Assembly: GCA_013239625.1 (NCBI GenBank)
Contig: MU053629.1
Location: forward strand, 4,739,567-4,803,566
From: Lama guanicoe
Lineage: Eukaryota
DNA: 64,000 nt
Direction: 5' to 3'
The notes under the pieces were generated by a model. The model did no database searches. It had not been told where the DNA came from and worked only from the letters and a program-made list of their open reading frames with translations. Shown in pieces: positions 38,421-51,159 of this stretch (within the stretch, counting starts at the first letter, position 1; each line of letters starts with the position of its first letter). Both the position numbers and the translations under genes were made by a program.

Positions 38421-41400
38421 AACTTTGAGGAGGGAGGATACAGTGTGCCTTTTTGCCAGCAGAATTTCAGTTTGCCGGTTAAAAAATGACTAGTTAAAAA
38501 TAATGAACCACATTTTCTTTTTAAGAAGTGGAAATGTAAAACTCACTGTGCCCGACCTCGCTGGGCACAGCAGTGCAGTGTCCCCGTGGCAGAACGCCGT
38601 CCTGGGCTCAGGCCTCAGCTCTGCCACTCTGCGCTCTGAGACCTCGCCCCAGGTCGCCCTTACTGGTGTCTTGGTTTGCTCTGTCAGTGAATGGGCCTGC
38701 TGGGTCGGTTCAAGGCCATTGTAACCAAGGCAGCCAGAAGGGCGCGGTGAATAGATGCCGACAGAACCGGCAGGTGACTTTTCCCTGCCGCAAGCCTCCG
38801 GCTAATTGAGGCCCTACTACGTGCCAGGTGCTCCAGCAGGCCGGCAGCCACACTGGCAAGTGATGAAGTGATTCACATGCACAGAGTTGTTCAGGGGCTT
38901 GTGCAAGAGAAGAAACTGCAGAGACCCCAAATAGGTCAGTTCCCATTTGGGAAGGAACTCGAAGCCCAGCTACGGGCAGAGAGTGAGGTGTCAGTGAAGG
39001 AGCCCTGGCCTCAGCCTCCGGCCGCACCTGCCCCCCACCCCGGCGGATGGCTCCCCGCCTCCACCTCCTGTGCGCCCAAGGGCTGCTGTCCACGTAGGGA
39101 GGTCCTGCGGTCAGTTGTCAGGAAGGCATCTCGTATGAAACGGGCAGGCATCATTTGGAGACGTTATTACGGAAGTGGGGAGCCAAACTCTGGTGAGACT
39201 ACAGCCCAGGAGAGGAGATGGACTGACCACCCGGTTCCTCTTCTTCGCGAGTTACTGGCGAGCCCCGGCAGCTCCTCGGCCCGCGGTGGGGGGGTTGCGT
39301 CGCCTCCCTCGCTCTCCCCTGTGTCCCACTTTTGGCTCCATCCTGCCTCCTGCAATCCCATCCTTTTCCCTTCATTATGTCTCCATCTTCTGTGGCGAAG
39401 TTTGTGGACCATTATACTTCAACCCTCGCCGGTTTAATTGTCGCAATTGGCCCTGAGAGAATCTGGGAAATGAGAGTGGCTCCCACTGCCGGGTGACGAG
39501 GCCAGTGAGATGGTTCAGCAGCTCCAGCCTGGCACGCGCCCCACCGGCCTCTGCAGAGGAGCGGCTAACCCGCTGTCTGTGCAGAAGACGGAGGCCTGGG
39601 TGTCCTGGGTGGTCACCTCGCGTGGGGGGTGCTCTTCATGAGCAGGATGTGGGTGTCCTGGCTCCAGGGAGATGGGGCCACGTCAGGGTCACAGGTGATG
39701 TACCCTGAGAATGTACTAAAGCAGAAACCAGAAGACCGGAGTTCAGCCCCAGCACTTAAGCAGTCACATCCCCTCCCCAGGCCTCAGGTTCCTCGTCTGT
39801 AAAATGGGGTGATGGTATACTTTCCCTGCTTCCCACACAGGGCTGGGCTGATGGGAGGAGAGGGAGTCAAGTCAGAGCGACAGAGTGTTCTCCCAGGGTG
39901 TCCCAAGGGTGGTGCTCACAGAGGTCAGGACCCTGTCTCGTGCCAGGCGGGCCTGAATCACGTGGCAGAAATAAGGCGAGGGGGGATTGCAACCTGGATG
40001 TTGATTCTCCTGCCTCTGCCTGCCCCAGTTCAGCCCAGGGAGAGCCCCAGGTGGTGGGTTTGGGTTACAGACTTGTGATCCAGTCCCAGCTGTGGGAGCC
40101 CAGGCGGGTCTACCATGAGCCTGCGGTCTCCACTTTCTCTTCTGCAAAGTGGGGGTTGTCGTGCCCATCTATGTGACTCAGTGCCTCCACCCCAGATCGT
40201 GAGGTGCACAGGGACCCTGGAACAGAGATGCTGCCAGGCCTGGCCCCTGGGGTCCACAGTGCCATCTCCACTCTGCTTCCCTCTCTACAACTCTCCGTGC
40301 TCACTCCCCACATAGTGGCTTTCTCAGTGTGTCTGTCACATAGTGGGCCAGGAGCCTACAGCTCCCAAGATCACCTGGCACAGCTAGGATGCCTGGAGAG
40401 GCTGGGGTCTCCCCTCCGTGTCTGACTCTCTCCCTTCTCTTCCTCCCGCTGGGGTTCCCCTTCCCAGCCCCCCAAACCCCTCAACAGCGGCTGGGGACAA
40501 AACCGCTTGTCTAGGTCACTCCCGTACAGGGTGGTTTAGAGCATCAGGGGTACACAGGAGACGAGGGTCGCCTCCCAGGCAAGGCGGGCAGGAAAGGGGC
40601 AGAGTCTCCACCAGAGCGGGGGAGGCCGACCCTCTCCTCCTCCCCTGCCCCGGGCACCTGGGCACAGCGCTCCCTGCCGTGCGGCCAGCAGCCTGCCCAT
40701 AACTGGAGGAGCCTCCTCTCTCCCCTCCTGCAGTTCCGCTCTGCTTGTTGCTGAACAGATGATAACAGAGATGGAGCATATGGCCCCCAAAGTCACCAGG
40801 CATTCTGGGAAAGTGACACTGTGCTACCCCGGGCTGGGGGGGAGGGGCCCGTCGGCTCCCGAGCACAGCTTCTCCCTTTGTTCTTCAGAAGGGCGCAAGG
40901 TCGCCTCCTCTGAGCCTCCTGGAAAGGAAACGTGCACACTGACTTCAGGAAGAGCCCCCTCTGTCAAGGCCCCGGTTTAGGGGGGCACACACAAGGTGGG
41001 GTTATGTATATTGGGGTGGGGGGAGGGAGAGCATATGAGAAACGAGACGGAGCCCCACCCAGGCCTGCGCCTCCTGCGGGGCATCCACCCAAGCTGACCC
41101 CCAGCGCCCTTCCCCCGCGGCAGCCTGCGCCGGGCACCTGCTCCCTGCCGGGGGCGGGGGGGGGCCTGCAGGTGTGTTGGGAGCCTCGTGCAGATCACGG
41201 GACACCCAGCCGGGCACCGGGCCCAGCTCCCCTGTGGCCTTGGTGAGGCCCTGCCCTGGGCTGGGTGCCCTTTGCATCCTCTAAGCCGAGTTCCCTTCCT
41301 CCTTGCTCCCTTGACAGTGTTCCGTGTGCCTGTGAGCCACACCCGTGCAGGATGCTTCTGGGGCTGATTTTTCCTTGTCTGAATTGGGGAAACTGGGTAA

Positions 41401-42702
41401 GGGACACGGCATCAGCCCCGAGTGAGGACGCCTGGATGTCCTTCCTTCCCGTCCTCAGAGACAGCTCAGGTCTGGCCATGCCTTTCCCTCCCCTCCCCTG
41501 GTCCTTGACTGCTCCCAAAGACAGTAGGGTCTGGGCACCCTGGGCATCTGGGCCCTGGGCCCAGTCGCTTCCAGCCGTGTGACGAGCTCCTTGCGGGACA
41601 GCTGGGGGCTTCAAGCAGGTTGCCAGGGGCTGGTTGTCCCCAGGGCTGCAGGTCAAGACTGGAATGTACAGGGAAGCTGCCTCAAAAGCCCAGCCTGGCC
41701 AGAGGGGAGGCCAGAGGGGACCCAAGGAGGGCTCAGAAGGCAGGAGGGAGCGGGGAAGCTGGAGCTGGATGGAAGGGAGAGAAGGGGCTGGGGGTCCCCC
41801 ATTCTCTCTGCTCGCCCGCCCACCGTGGCTCCCTGAGCCTCAGGCTACAAAGCTTTTGGTAGGGGAGGAGGCTGCCAGGTGTGCGTTCCTTAGCAGAGAA
41901 GCACTTGGGGAAGCAGAGTGAAGAGAATGCTTTGCCATTTTCCTTTCACCTTTGACCTGTGGCCAGGGTGAGCCCGCGGCTACCCCTGCTATCTTCCGAC
42001 CTTCCCTGGAATCTGCTGAGGAGGCCTTCAGACTGGGAGCAGGCATCTTCCTTTCCAGGGCAGCAGGGGAGGGGGCTGACTAAGTATATAACCTGGCCTG
42101 CCTGCGGGCTGATTAGGTTGGAGCCCGAGATGGCCTCGGGGAGACTGCGTCGCCCTCCAAAATCCTGTCCCCGGTCCCCAGCTTCCCGCCAGGAGCTAAG
42201 CCAGCACATCCTTCCTCTCCCTGACTCTTTACCTTCCCTCCACCCCAGAGATGGTGATTTGTTCCCAGGAGAGCTTGAGACAAAAAAGAAAGCTGGGAGG
42301 GGTTGATGCAGCCTCTGAAAACCAGGTGATCCTCGTCTCTGGGCAGCAGCTGGACTGGACCGCTGGCAACTCAGGAGCCAGGCCTCGCTGGCCGGCTGTT
42401 ACAGCGATGCTGGGCTGAGGAAGGGCCAGGCGGTGAGGAGTTAAGACGGGCCCACAGTCCTGGGGACCTTCCAGGCCGGCTGGAGTTTCAGGAGAGGGTA
42501 GCGGAGCACCAGGCTGAGTGAGCGCCCCAGACGGGCTTGTCCATGCTCCGCCTCGGGCCTCGGTCGTCTGGGCTGTGGAACGGGGCTGGAGCTGTCCTCC
42601 TCACTTCACAGGGCCGCTGGGGAAGGCTGAGAACAGGCCTTGGAAAGTGTGAGGTGCAGAGTCTGGGGAATGGGTATCACCGCTTCCTCCTCTTCCCCAC
42701 AG

Positions 42703-42807
42703 GGCCACCCGTTCATCGTGCAGTTCAACGATGGGAATGCCACCGTGGTGTCCATGTGGGTGTGCAGGGCGCTGGAGGAGAGGCGCAGCCAGCAGGGCCC
42801 GCCCTGA
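42703..42807 (+). CDS. MAP2K5: MAP2K5 terminal exon coding part, GHPFIVQFNDGNATVVSMWVCRALEERRSQQGPP*
   Basis: Acceptor cttcctcctcttccccacAG, phase 0, TGA at 42805-42807. Matches the MEK5 C-terminus as recalled. Confidence 0.96.
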   Translation, partial: GHPFIVQFNDGNATVVSMWVCRALEERRSQQGPP

Positions 42808-43155
42808 GGCTGCAGGGGGCGCCCGAGAGCCCAGGACTGGTTACCAAGGGAAACGCCACCTTCTGCGCCCTTCTCCGTTTGCTGTCTGCGCCAGAAGAGC
42901 TTTGCTGGACCCAGGCCTCCCCGCTCTCACCTTCGACTCGGCTGGTAGATGGTCTTGCCTTGGGAGCCCTCCAGGGAGCCCTCACCTGCCTCAGGTCCGG
43001 AGGCCTGGCTGGCTGGGTGGGCAGAGGCGTCGGGGCATCGAGAACGGAGGCCCCTGTGCCCTCACGCCTCTTTCTTTCCCCTAACATTCTTGTTTGTAAA
43101 AGGTCAGGCCCCGTCGGCATCGCTGATGGGAATAAAAGTGTTACTGCTCTGTGAC
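42808..43155 (+). other. MAP2K5: MAP2K5 3'UTR (end approximate)
   Basis: Runs from the stop codon to about 20 nt past the AATAAA at 43131. Confidence 0.75.
43131..43136 (+). terminator. MAP2K5: MAP2K5 polyadenylation signal
   Basis: First AATAAA after the stop codon, about 325 nt downstream, preceded by a U-rich patch (ttcttgtttgtaaa). Confidence 0.8.
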
Positions 43156-43699
43156 CGCCTCCCCCCATGAGGGCTGGGCTGCGCGGGGAGTCTGTGACCC
43201 ACCCAGGGGCGGGGATGGGGTGGGGGACCTCATTTCAGTGGGAATGTGTGTGGCAGTGCCAGCCCCCTGGGCCGGGCCTGCCCTTCCCCGGGGACCTGCA
43301 AGCTTTGGGAGTGCTTCCCGCAGTTCCATGATGAGGCCCGTGGCCTGGCTCGTTTGACAGATGAAAAACTCAGGCATGGAGGCCCCTGAACCAAGTCCCA
43401 CCCACCGCGAGGAGTGGCCAAGCCAGCACGGGAGCTGAGCTCTCAGGACCCCCGGCATGTGCTCCCTGCTGGGCTGGAGTTGGTCTGTCCCCACCCTCTA
43501 GGGCCAGGAAGTCCCAGCAGTGATCTGACCTGGGGCCGTGGGTGAGGAAGGAGACCAAGAGTTGGCAAAAGGCCCCAGGTGGTTCTGAGAGGCCCTTCTT
43601 CCCTGCCACCCCCACACCCCACCACCTCTCCTCTCCACAGCAGGCTGCCCCTCCCTGCCCTTGACCCCACACCCAGCGAACCTCATTCACCTCCGGCCA

Positions 43700-43835
43700 C
43701 TCACAGCCATCCTGTCAGGTAACCCTCTCAGTGAGCCGACAGGTGAGTGTGTTACCGCCATTTTACAGGTGAGGAACTGAGTCTCAGTGAGGCTCAGGTT
43801 CCCGCTTGGAGGTCTAAGTGACTTCCCAGCACAGC
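43700..43835 (-). mobile_element. MIR SINE
   Basis: ccattttacaggtgaggaactgagtctcagtgagg. Confidence 0.65.
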
Positions 43836-43974
43836 CAGAAGCAACCTCCGGATGCCACACACACATCCAGAAGCTCACTTCCTCCACCACTTTCCCATCT
43901 CCATCCTCCCAGGGTCCAGTCTGACACCCTGGGGCGTGGCCTTGCCGCCTTTGTCCTTCACGGCCCACCTGGAA

Positions 43975-44345
43975 GTCCTGTTGTCTTTGCCTTCAAAGTG
44001 TCCTGATGTCACTGCTTCCCATCCGCATCCAAGGCACCTGGACCACTGCGGCGGCAGCCTCCTTACCAGGCTCCTGCTCCCACCTGCCCCCTGCGGTCTA
44101 TTCTCCACAGACACTAGGGGGAGCCAGTTCAAAGGAGGCGGGTCATGGCCCTCCCGGCGTGGCCCCTCCAGGGACTCCAGCTGGCTCGGAAGACAAGTCA
44201 GAGACCCAGCAATGGCCCCTGTGCAGTCTGCCCCATTATCTCTGACCTCAGCTCCCATCACCCCCAACTCCCGCTGCACTCTGGCCGCCTGGCCCCCTTA
44301 CTGGTCCTTGAACAACCCAGCACCCTCCCCGCTCAGGGCCACAGC
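43975..44345 (+). mobile_element. L2 internal fragment
   Basis: cacctggaccactgc...agcctccttaccaggctcc...gtctattctccacaga resembles L2. Confidence 0.55.
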
Positions 44346-45214
44346 AGAGATACCCACTGACCCCTGAAGCGCTCCCTCCAGAGTGTAGGGCTGTGGGGAA
44401 GCCTCTGACCGGCCCCAGACCACACCTCCCAGGCCCCCTTTCATTTCACAAGGGCCACGGGACTGGTTCTTGTCAGTTGAAGCAGATGGTGCGTTGCTTC
44501 CTGGCCAAGAAGCTTAAGATGCAGGTGTGCCTTCTCTGCGACCCCTCTCCCCATTCTCCTGCCAAATGGAAAAATGACCGTGGCGGGAGCTGGGGGAAGG
44601 CTGAGCTGCAGATGCACAAGTGCAGACTCTGGTCTGTTTCTGTTTTCTTCACATTGTACCTACTACCCCCCGACCCCCGTCCCAGTGCCAAGAATAGAGC
44701 CTCACCTCACAGGTGCCCAGTAAGCGTTTTTGGGCAGAGTGGCAAGTGGCAGGGCTGTGATTCCCAGCGCTGCACAGTACTTTGCCCATGAAGGGCTCAG
44801 CCCACGTGAGGCATCCTTTTGTTTCGTGGGGCAGAGTTGTCATGTTCTTGGTAACGCTTTTCAAGGTGGTAGAGGCCTCCAGCTGCCCCTGGGCATCAGG
44901 CAGAGCGTCCACCCCCTTACTGAGTGCCTGCTGCGTCCCTGGGGCTAGGAAGGTCCCAGGGTGGGTGAGGCCCGGCCCATCAAGGCGGCTGCTCCCTGGG
45001 TCAGTGCTCACAGAGAGCTGCAAGGGGCATGTGTTATAGACTTTTCAAGGAAGGGTGCTCCCCAGGGCCTGCCCAGCCCAGAACGTGAGCCAGCCACCAC
45101 CTAGACGTGAAGTTCATCCTTGCTTTGAGGAGATATGCCCAGCCAGCCTGTCCCCCAGCCCTAAGCCAGGGGAAGGAAGGAAAATGAGCAGGAGTCCCCT
45201 GCCAGCCCTGTGCT

Positions 45215-45395
45215 GAGAGCTTACTTTGTCTTGTTTAATCTCTGCATCAATCACACGAGGTAGGTGTATCATTAATCTGCCCATTTTACAGATGGAGAAA
45301 CCAAAGCACAGAGAGGCCAAGAGACTTGCCCAAGGACACCCAGCAAGTTAGTAGCAAAGTACCCTTTGGAACTCAGAGCCACACTCTTAACCGTG
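45215..45395 (-). mobile_element. MIR SINE
   Basis: cccattttacagatggagaaaccaaagcacagagagg...acttgcccaaggacacccagcaagttagtagc. Confidence 0.75.
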
Positions 45396-48300
45396 GCTCC
45401 AGAAGTCAGCTCCACAAGCACTGCATGTGTATATGTGAGTACACATGTACCCTGTCCTTTGTAACAGTTTGCGCACAAACTCTGATGTATCAGTTCCTTT
45501 GGAGTGAAGCCGAGGGATCTGCTCGGTGGGCACCCCCGGGACACAGAGGCAGGGCCCCCTCCCACAGCACTGAGAAACACTGCTCTAGAGGGTGTGTCGA
45601 GGCCCTGGACCTGGAGAGCAGCTTCCAGGGTGACCTTGGACAAAGCACGCCTCCATCTGAGCCTCGGTTTCCTCATCGGTAAATGCAGGGGTTGATTCTG
45701 CGGAATCCTGGAGTTCCTCCCAGCCCTGATGTTCCCGAACCGGGGTTCTTGCCCTTTGGGGCCATGGACCACCACGAGCATCCCACGGAAGTGGCAGACC
45801 ATTGCCTGAGAATAATGTGCACCCACACACATACAAACGCACAGTGTTGTCCACAACTTATGGTTCATGGAGCCCCTGGGGCCCACTCACTGGTGGGCGC
45901 CAGGCCTAACACCCCAGCTCTGGGTTGGCCCCAAGGTCTAAGTTCCTCTGTGGTTCAGTCTTGGGAAGATGGGGAGCTGGGCGACCCCTGAGGGCTCTCC
46001 TGCAAAGACACCTCTGCCTAGTGGGCAGGGCCCTCTTTGGCCCATTTAGGCTCGGTCATCCCCCTAGTTGCCCTTGACAGCCCCGAGGCCAAGCTGCCCT
46101 TGCCTTCAGGGTCATGGAGGACTGAGACCTGGAACACAGAGGGGCAGGAATGAGCTCTTCCCGCTGCCCAGGATGCCACCTCAGCCACCATCCCCCTGCC
46201 CGTGTGCCGACTCCCACCCCTCCCTCGAGGACCCTCTCAAAGGGCACTTCCTCTTGGAAGCTTCTTTTCTACCTTCTCAGGTACAGACTGTGAGGCCCCT
46301 GGGGTGCATCACCCCAGGGCTTGGCCAGAGCAGCATGTGGAAGGTGCTTTGAGGTACGGGAGGGCCGGAGGGAGGGCTGACAGGGCGGGAGGGTCAGGCC
46401 CGCAGGCCGCCTCCCCAGGCCTCATCATTGTCCTCTCACTCCAAGCCTCAGTGACACCCATTGGCCTTCTAACCAGAGCCTCCTGGAGACCAGATCCCCG
46501 TGGAATGCAGCCCTGGGCCTCTTAGACCTTCAGGGAAGCCAGGAGGGGGCTGTTTGTGGTACAGGCTGGGCTTCATGGAGCCCCCAGGTCATGCTGGAAG
46601 GTGGGCGCTGCTCAGACGTGGAGGCGAGGAGTCCCTCAGCACTCAGCCCACTGGACCTTCCTTGTCCTGCCCTCCTGCCCAATGAGAAGTACCAGTTGTG
46701 GGACCCCAGGGCTTTGAGCATCCTCAGTGGGGCCAGGGGGGCCAGGCTGGGACACTTCTTCCCCACATGCGGTCAGACAAAGGCCTTGTGACCCAAAGCG
46801 GTGTGACCTAGGGCCCAGCCCAGCTGGGGGCAGTCAGGCCAGTGCAGGGCGGGCTGGACACTGCAGCCCGGCCGGGGAAGCTGTGGGTGCCCTGCCTGCA
46901 GGCCTGGAACCTGGGGCCTCGTGCTCGAGCTGAACAGACCCGAATCTTTGGGGGAAGGCCTGTGCTTCCAGACCTCTGCACACTCAGGGCTAAAGGTCAG
47001 AACAGCCTCAAAGTGAGGTCCTGGGATGGTGCCAGGCACACAGGCCAGCAGCTCCCCAGACCCCCTCTACCACATGGCTTGGTTAGAAGAGGGGTGGTCA
47101 ACTACATCCACGTGGGGAGGGGGAGCCCGGAGAGGTCCGTGATGCTGCCTCAAAGGCGTCCTCCGTCCCCACTGTCTGCTGCCCCAATTCCCCTTTGGAG
47201 CTTCATCCTTTAGCCAAGTCTGGGCTGTCCTAGGATGGGAGCCTGTGTTCACAGAGCAGGGGGAGGGTGGGAGGGAGAACACGAGTCCTGGGATGGGGGA
47301 GGGAGGCAGCGCCAGGCACGCCAGCAGAGAAGCGTGGAGCAGTGGGAGCAGGAGGGCGCAAGGGAGCCAGCGCCGACAGCCCACAGCAGCTCGGGCAGCC
47401 AGCGGGGTCCTGGCTCCGTACCTGAGGCCAGACAGACACCCAAGACGGTCCCCGGGCCAGGTCCCAACTTCCACATTGAGGGGTTGGGGTGCTTTCACTT
47501 CGAGCCCCCAGAAGCATCGCAACCCAAACACAGGTGGGAGGCAGAGGCCAGGATCAGCTCTGAGGGGCATGGGGAGAAGGCCAACAGCTGTGCTGATAGG
47601 GGGCGGGCGGGGGCCAGCGGAAGCAGTGAGCGGCTCAGGCCCGAGCCCCAGGCCTGGTCCTGGCGGGCGCTGGCTGCTTGTGCGGGTTGGAAGGAGGTCA
47701 CCAGCCCTCGCAGCAAGGCTGGGCGTGATGGCACTTCCGGCTTCGTCCTGACCCCTCTCCAGTTGGCAGAAACCCCGTCCTGATCCACCTGAGATGCCCA
47801 AAATTTAAGAGGCAGACAGGTGGGCACAGCTCTGACGGCGGGGGCAGGGGGAGTCCCAGAGACAGCCGAGGCCGGCGAAGGCCACCGGGATGGATTATGA
47901 AGCGGGGCAGGGGGAGCCGGCAGAGCCCAGGCCTCGTAATGACACATATTCTGCTGAACAACTACAAACATTCGCTGTGACTTTGGACGGAGTCTGAGAA
48001 AGACTTCGTTTCCTCCCTTGGCAGTATCATTTATCTTATTTTGAAGCCACGAGATTGCAGGCACGAACTTATAGACTAAAGTTTGTCTTAATTGCTGTGG
48101 TGTCACCACCTCTCTGGCAGATAACAGCACAATGAACGAGTCGATGGGGCTGAGCCCTCCAGGTCCTTCTTCTAAAGTGAGACAAATTTCCCTCCTTTGA
48201 GCCCAACAGTCCATCGGCAGCTCTGACATTTATTTATCTCCCTAACAGTTTGCATTAACTTGCGAGGGATAAAAAGTCTCTCCTGCCCACAGACTTAGTT

Positions 48301-49175
48301 AAAAGCATCCAGCCAGCCTGTACTGTTGGTTCTTCCTAAGAATCTGCTTTTTATCTTATTTTATCTTTTCCTCCCCGCTTTGAGAGGTGGTGAGGAAGTG
48401 GCAGGGAGAGCAGCATGGGTGCACACTGAGAGGAGCAGTGAGATCAGCAGGATGGAAAAGAGCAGGGCGGGTACCTGGAGTTCTAGTGTCCAGATCACTT
48501 GAGTTCTGAGAGAGAAGAGAATTTGTCTTGCAGTATCAGCTGGGCGCAGCAAACTGCCTTCACACTCGCCTTGGTTGGTCCTCCCAGCACCCTTACGAGA
48601 GCAGGGGGCTGGTTGTCCCACCTCTGTCTCCCACTCCATGTTCCCATCACAGGGGTGATGCTCTACTCCTTGAGTAAGCTGAGCCCTTTCCGCCTCTGAG
48701 CCATCACACAGGCTGTTCCCTCAGCCCCAGATACCTTTCCCTGCTAAACCTATTTCCCCTGCCCAGCTCCTATTCATCTTCAAGACTTGGCTGCAATGCT
48801 CTGGGGAGGCCTTCCCCGACACCCCACCTGGCCCATCACTCAGAACTCCCTATCCCTGCCCGACCTCACGGTCCCGTCATTGTGGGTTTTCTTGCACCAT
48901 CTGCATCCTTTGTCTACATTGTTCCAGTGAAAGCCCCAGGAAGGCAGGAGCTGGGACACTGCCGAGCTTCCGGAGATGCTTAAGAAACGTGATTAAATAA
49001 ATTGAAGGAAGGCTGGCAGGGCCGATGGGGCTTCAGAGGACTTAGTGACTTGGCCTCCACCATCCTTCCATCCAGGAGCAAGACCCTGGTAACACTGTGC
49101 AGCAAAGGAGTGGGGGTGCTGCATTTTCCTAACACAATGCAACAAACATGTATAATTTTTATAAGAAAAATTTGT

Positions 49176-49219
49176 ACAACATTGTAAACTGACTATAACT
49201 CAATAAAAAATTTTAAAAA
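49176..49219 (+). mobile_element. Ultra-short L1 3' terminus insertion with TSD
   Basis: ACAACATTGTAAACTGACTATAACTCAATAAAA matches the terminus of the L1 at 19358. TSD AAGAAWAATTTGT at 49163-49175 and 49220-49232. Confidence 0.85.
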
Positions 49220-49354
49220 AAGAATAATTTGTGTTAAAGGTATTTTAAATCTCTGGTGAGAGAGACAACCTTCTGTAAGTTTTCTGACACCCAAATCAAG
49301 CCCTTCTCCTCCCTCCACGGCCTCTTTTTGGCAATCCTGTGTGGGAGTCGATGG

Positions 49355-49570
49355 AATGTAGCAATGAAAGGCATGGGCTTGGAGTCACACAGACCTGGCT
49401 CCTCCCTGGACTTGCTGTGTGTCCCTGGGCAGGATGCCTAACCTCTCTGGATAAGCCTCAGTTTCCTCATTGGTAAAATGGGGTCATGACAGTGTCCATC
49501 AAATGGGTGGTTGGTGTCATTGAATTATCCTTGAGGCTGACCATGACATGCACAAAACACTTCCCAAGGC
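49355..49570 (+). mobile_element. MIR SINE
   Basis: gggcttggagtcacacagacctgg...gcctcagtttcctcattggtaaaatgggg. Confidence 0.78.
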
Positions 49571-50060
49571 CTGGTTCCCTCCCCCTTCCTCCTGCCAGGC
49601 ACCCTGCCCCACATAGACACAGACCCACACAGCCACTCCTCGATCCCTGGGACTCCCCATTTTTTCATCTGACCCCTGCCCTCCAGGTCTGGAGAAGGAC
49701 AGGGGATGAGGATGTAAGACAGACACATCACCACCAGCGAGGGCCACTGCACATCTGATGTGAGGGCCTGGCATGAGCACTCTGGACTCGAACGGCTCTG
49801 CCTATGGGTGACCACGCTGAGCCCCATCAGCGTGATCCTCAGCCCACACTCAGGCCTGCCTCAGCTTCCCCAGGAGGTCTGTGCAGCCCAGTGCAATCGC
49901 TCCAGGCTCAGCCTTGGCCACATGCAACAGGAGCAAAGCTCTGGATTCCCCGCAGTAGCTCAGGCGGCCACCCGGATGCACACCTGCTCTCATCCTGATA
50001 CTGTAATCAAGTTCCCTGCACACACTCCAGCTTCCCAGGGCCTCTCTTTGGAGAGACATC

Positions 50061-50543
50061 TATGGTAGGCAGAATATGACAGCCCCCCCAAAGATGTGCA
50101 CATCCTGATCCCCAGAATCTACGAATATATTATGTTACAGGGCACAGGAGAGTTGACATTGCTACTCACCTGACCTTAAAGTAAAATTATCCTGCACTGT
50201 CGGGGTCAGCCCAGTGTAATCACAAGGGTCCTCTAAAGTGGAAGAGGGAGACAGGAGAGGAGAGGAGAGGCAGAGAGAGATTTGAAGATGCTACACTGCT
50301 GAGTTTGAAGGTGGAGGAAGGAGCCAGGAGACTAGGGATGCGGGCGGCTTCTCTAGAAGCTTGAAAGGGTAAGGAAATGGATTCTCCCAGAGCCTCCAGG
50401 AGGAAGGCAGCCCCGCTAATGCCTTAACCTTAGCCCAGTGAAACCCATTTCTAACTCCTGACCTCCAGAATTATAAAATAATACATTTCGTGTTGTTTTC
50501 AAACACTGGGGTCATTTGTTATGACAACAATGAGAAACTGGAT
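50061..50543 (+). mobile_element. MLT1D-like MaLR solo LTR
   Basis: tggtaggcagaat...ccccaaagatgt, gtaatcacaagggtcct, ctagaagcttgaaagggtaaggaaatggattctccc, tgacctccagaa...tttgttatgacaacaatgagaaact. Confidence 0.85.
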
Positions 50544-50639
50544 GTCTCCGCTGTATTTTCCAGCTCAGGATTAGGGCTGGGGTGGCAGCAGCGGTGCTGG
50601 GAGGAGGGTCACTTTCCTATTTCCATTGATACCGGCTAA

Positions 50640-50825
50640 GAAAACTGGAGCCCCCACTGCATGCCAGACTCTGGGCTGGACCCTCTCCTTTTGATGTTCC
50701 CAACATTCCTATGATGCCAGCATGCCCATTTCATGAATGAGGAAGCTGAGGATCCGAGAGGAGAAGCGATTCACCCAAAGCCACACAACCAGGAAGTAGG
50801 AGCCATTAGATTTAAACCCAGACCT
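50640..50825 (-). mobile_element. MIR SINE
   Basis: cccatttcatgaatgaggaagctgagg...gatttaaacccagac. Confidence 0.65.
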
Positions 50826-51159
50826 AAGTGAAGGTTGTTTTTGTAGCAATAGCTGCCTCCCTGTAAGATGCAGACAGTGTTCTGTCAGAACTCTTACGCC
50901 ACTAAGAGAGACGGACCATTCCATTGTCACTTCACCCCAGGACGAGCCATAATAAAGGCACATGCCACACACATCAGAAGGCAAGGGAGAAGAGAATTCT
51001 CAATGCGGGAAGGGGAAAGTCCTCAACAGTATTTGCTGAGGAACGGCAGGTTCCTGATTCCTGAGCAGTGAGCATCTGCAGAGGGAGGAGGCTGGCTGGG
51101 CCTCTTCTCTGGGGAGGCTCCATCTCTCCTGGGGAAAGGAAGACAGTCATTTCTCCAGA

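Noticed and set aside
33801..48229. Many 100-244 aa ORFs in the GC-rich zone, such as 42537-43154, 47067-47801 and 47495-48229
   Set aside because: Low-complexity P/G/A/R peptides, mostly non-ATG starts, overlapping in several frames. The true MAP2K5 exon uses a different frame from ORF 42537.
50053..50548. 8-bp inverted repeat GAGACATC/GATGTCTC flanking the MLT1 LTR
   Set aside because: LTR elements make short direct TSDs rather than terminal inverted repeats. Probably chance.
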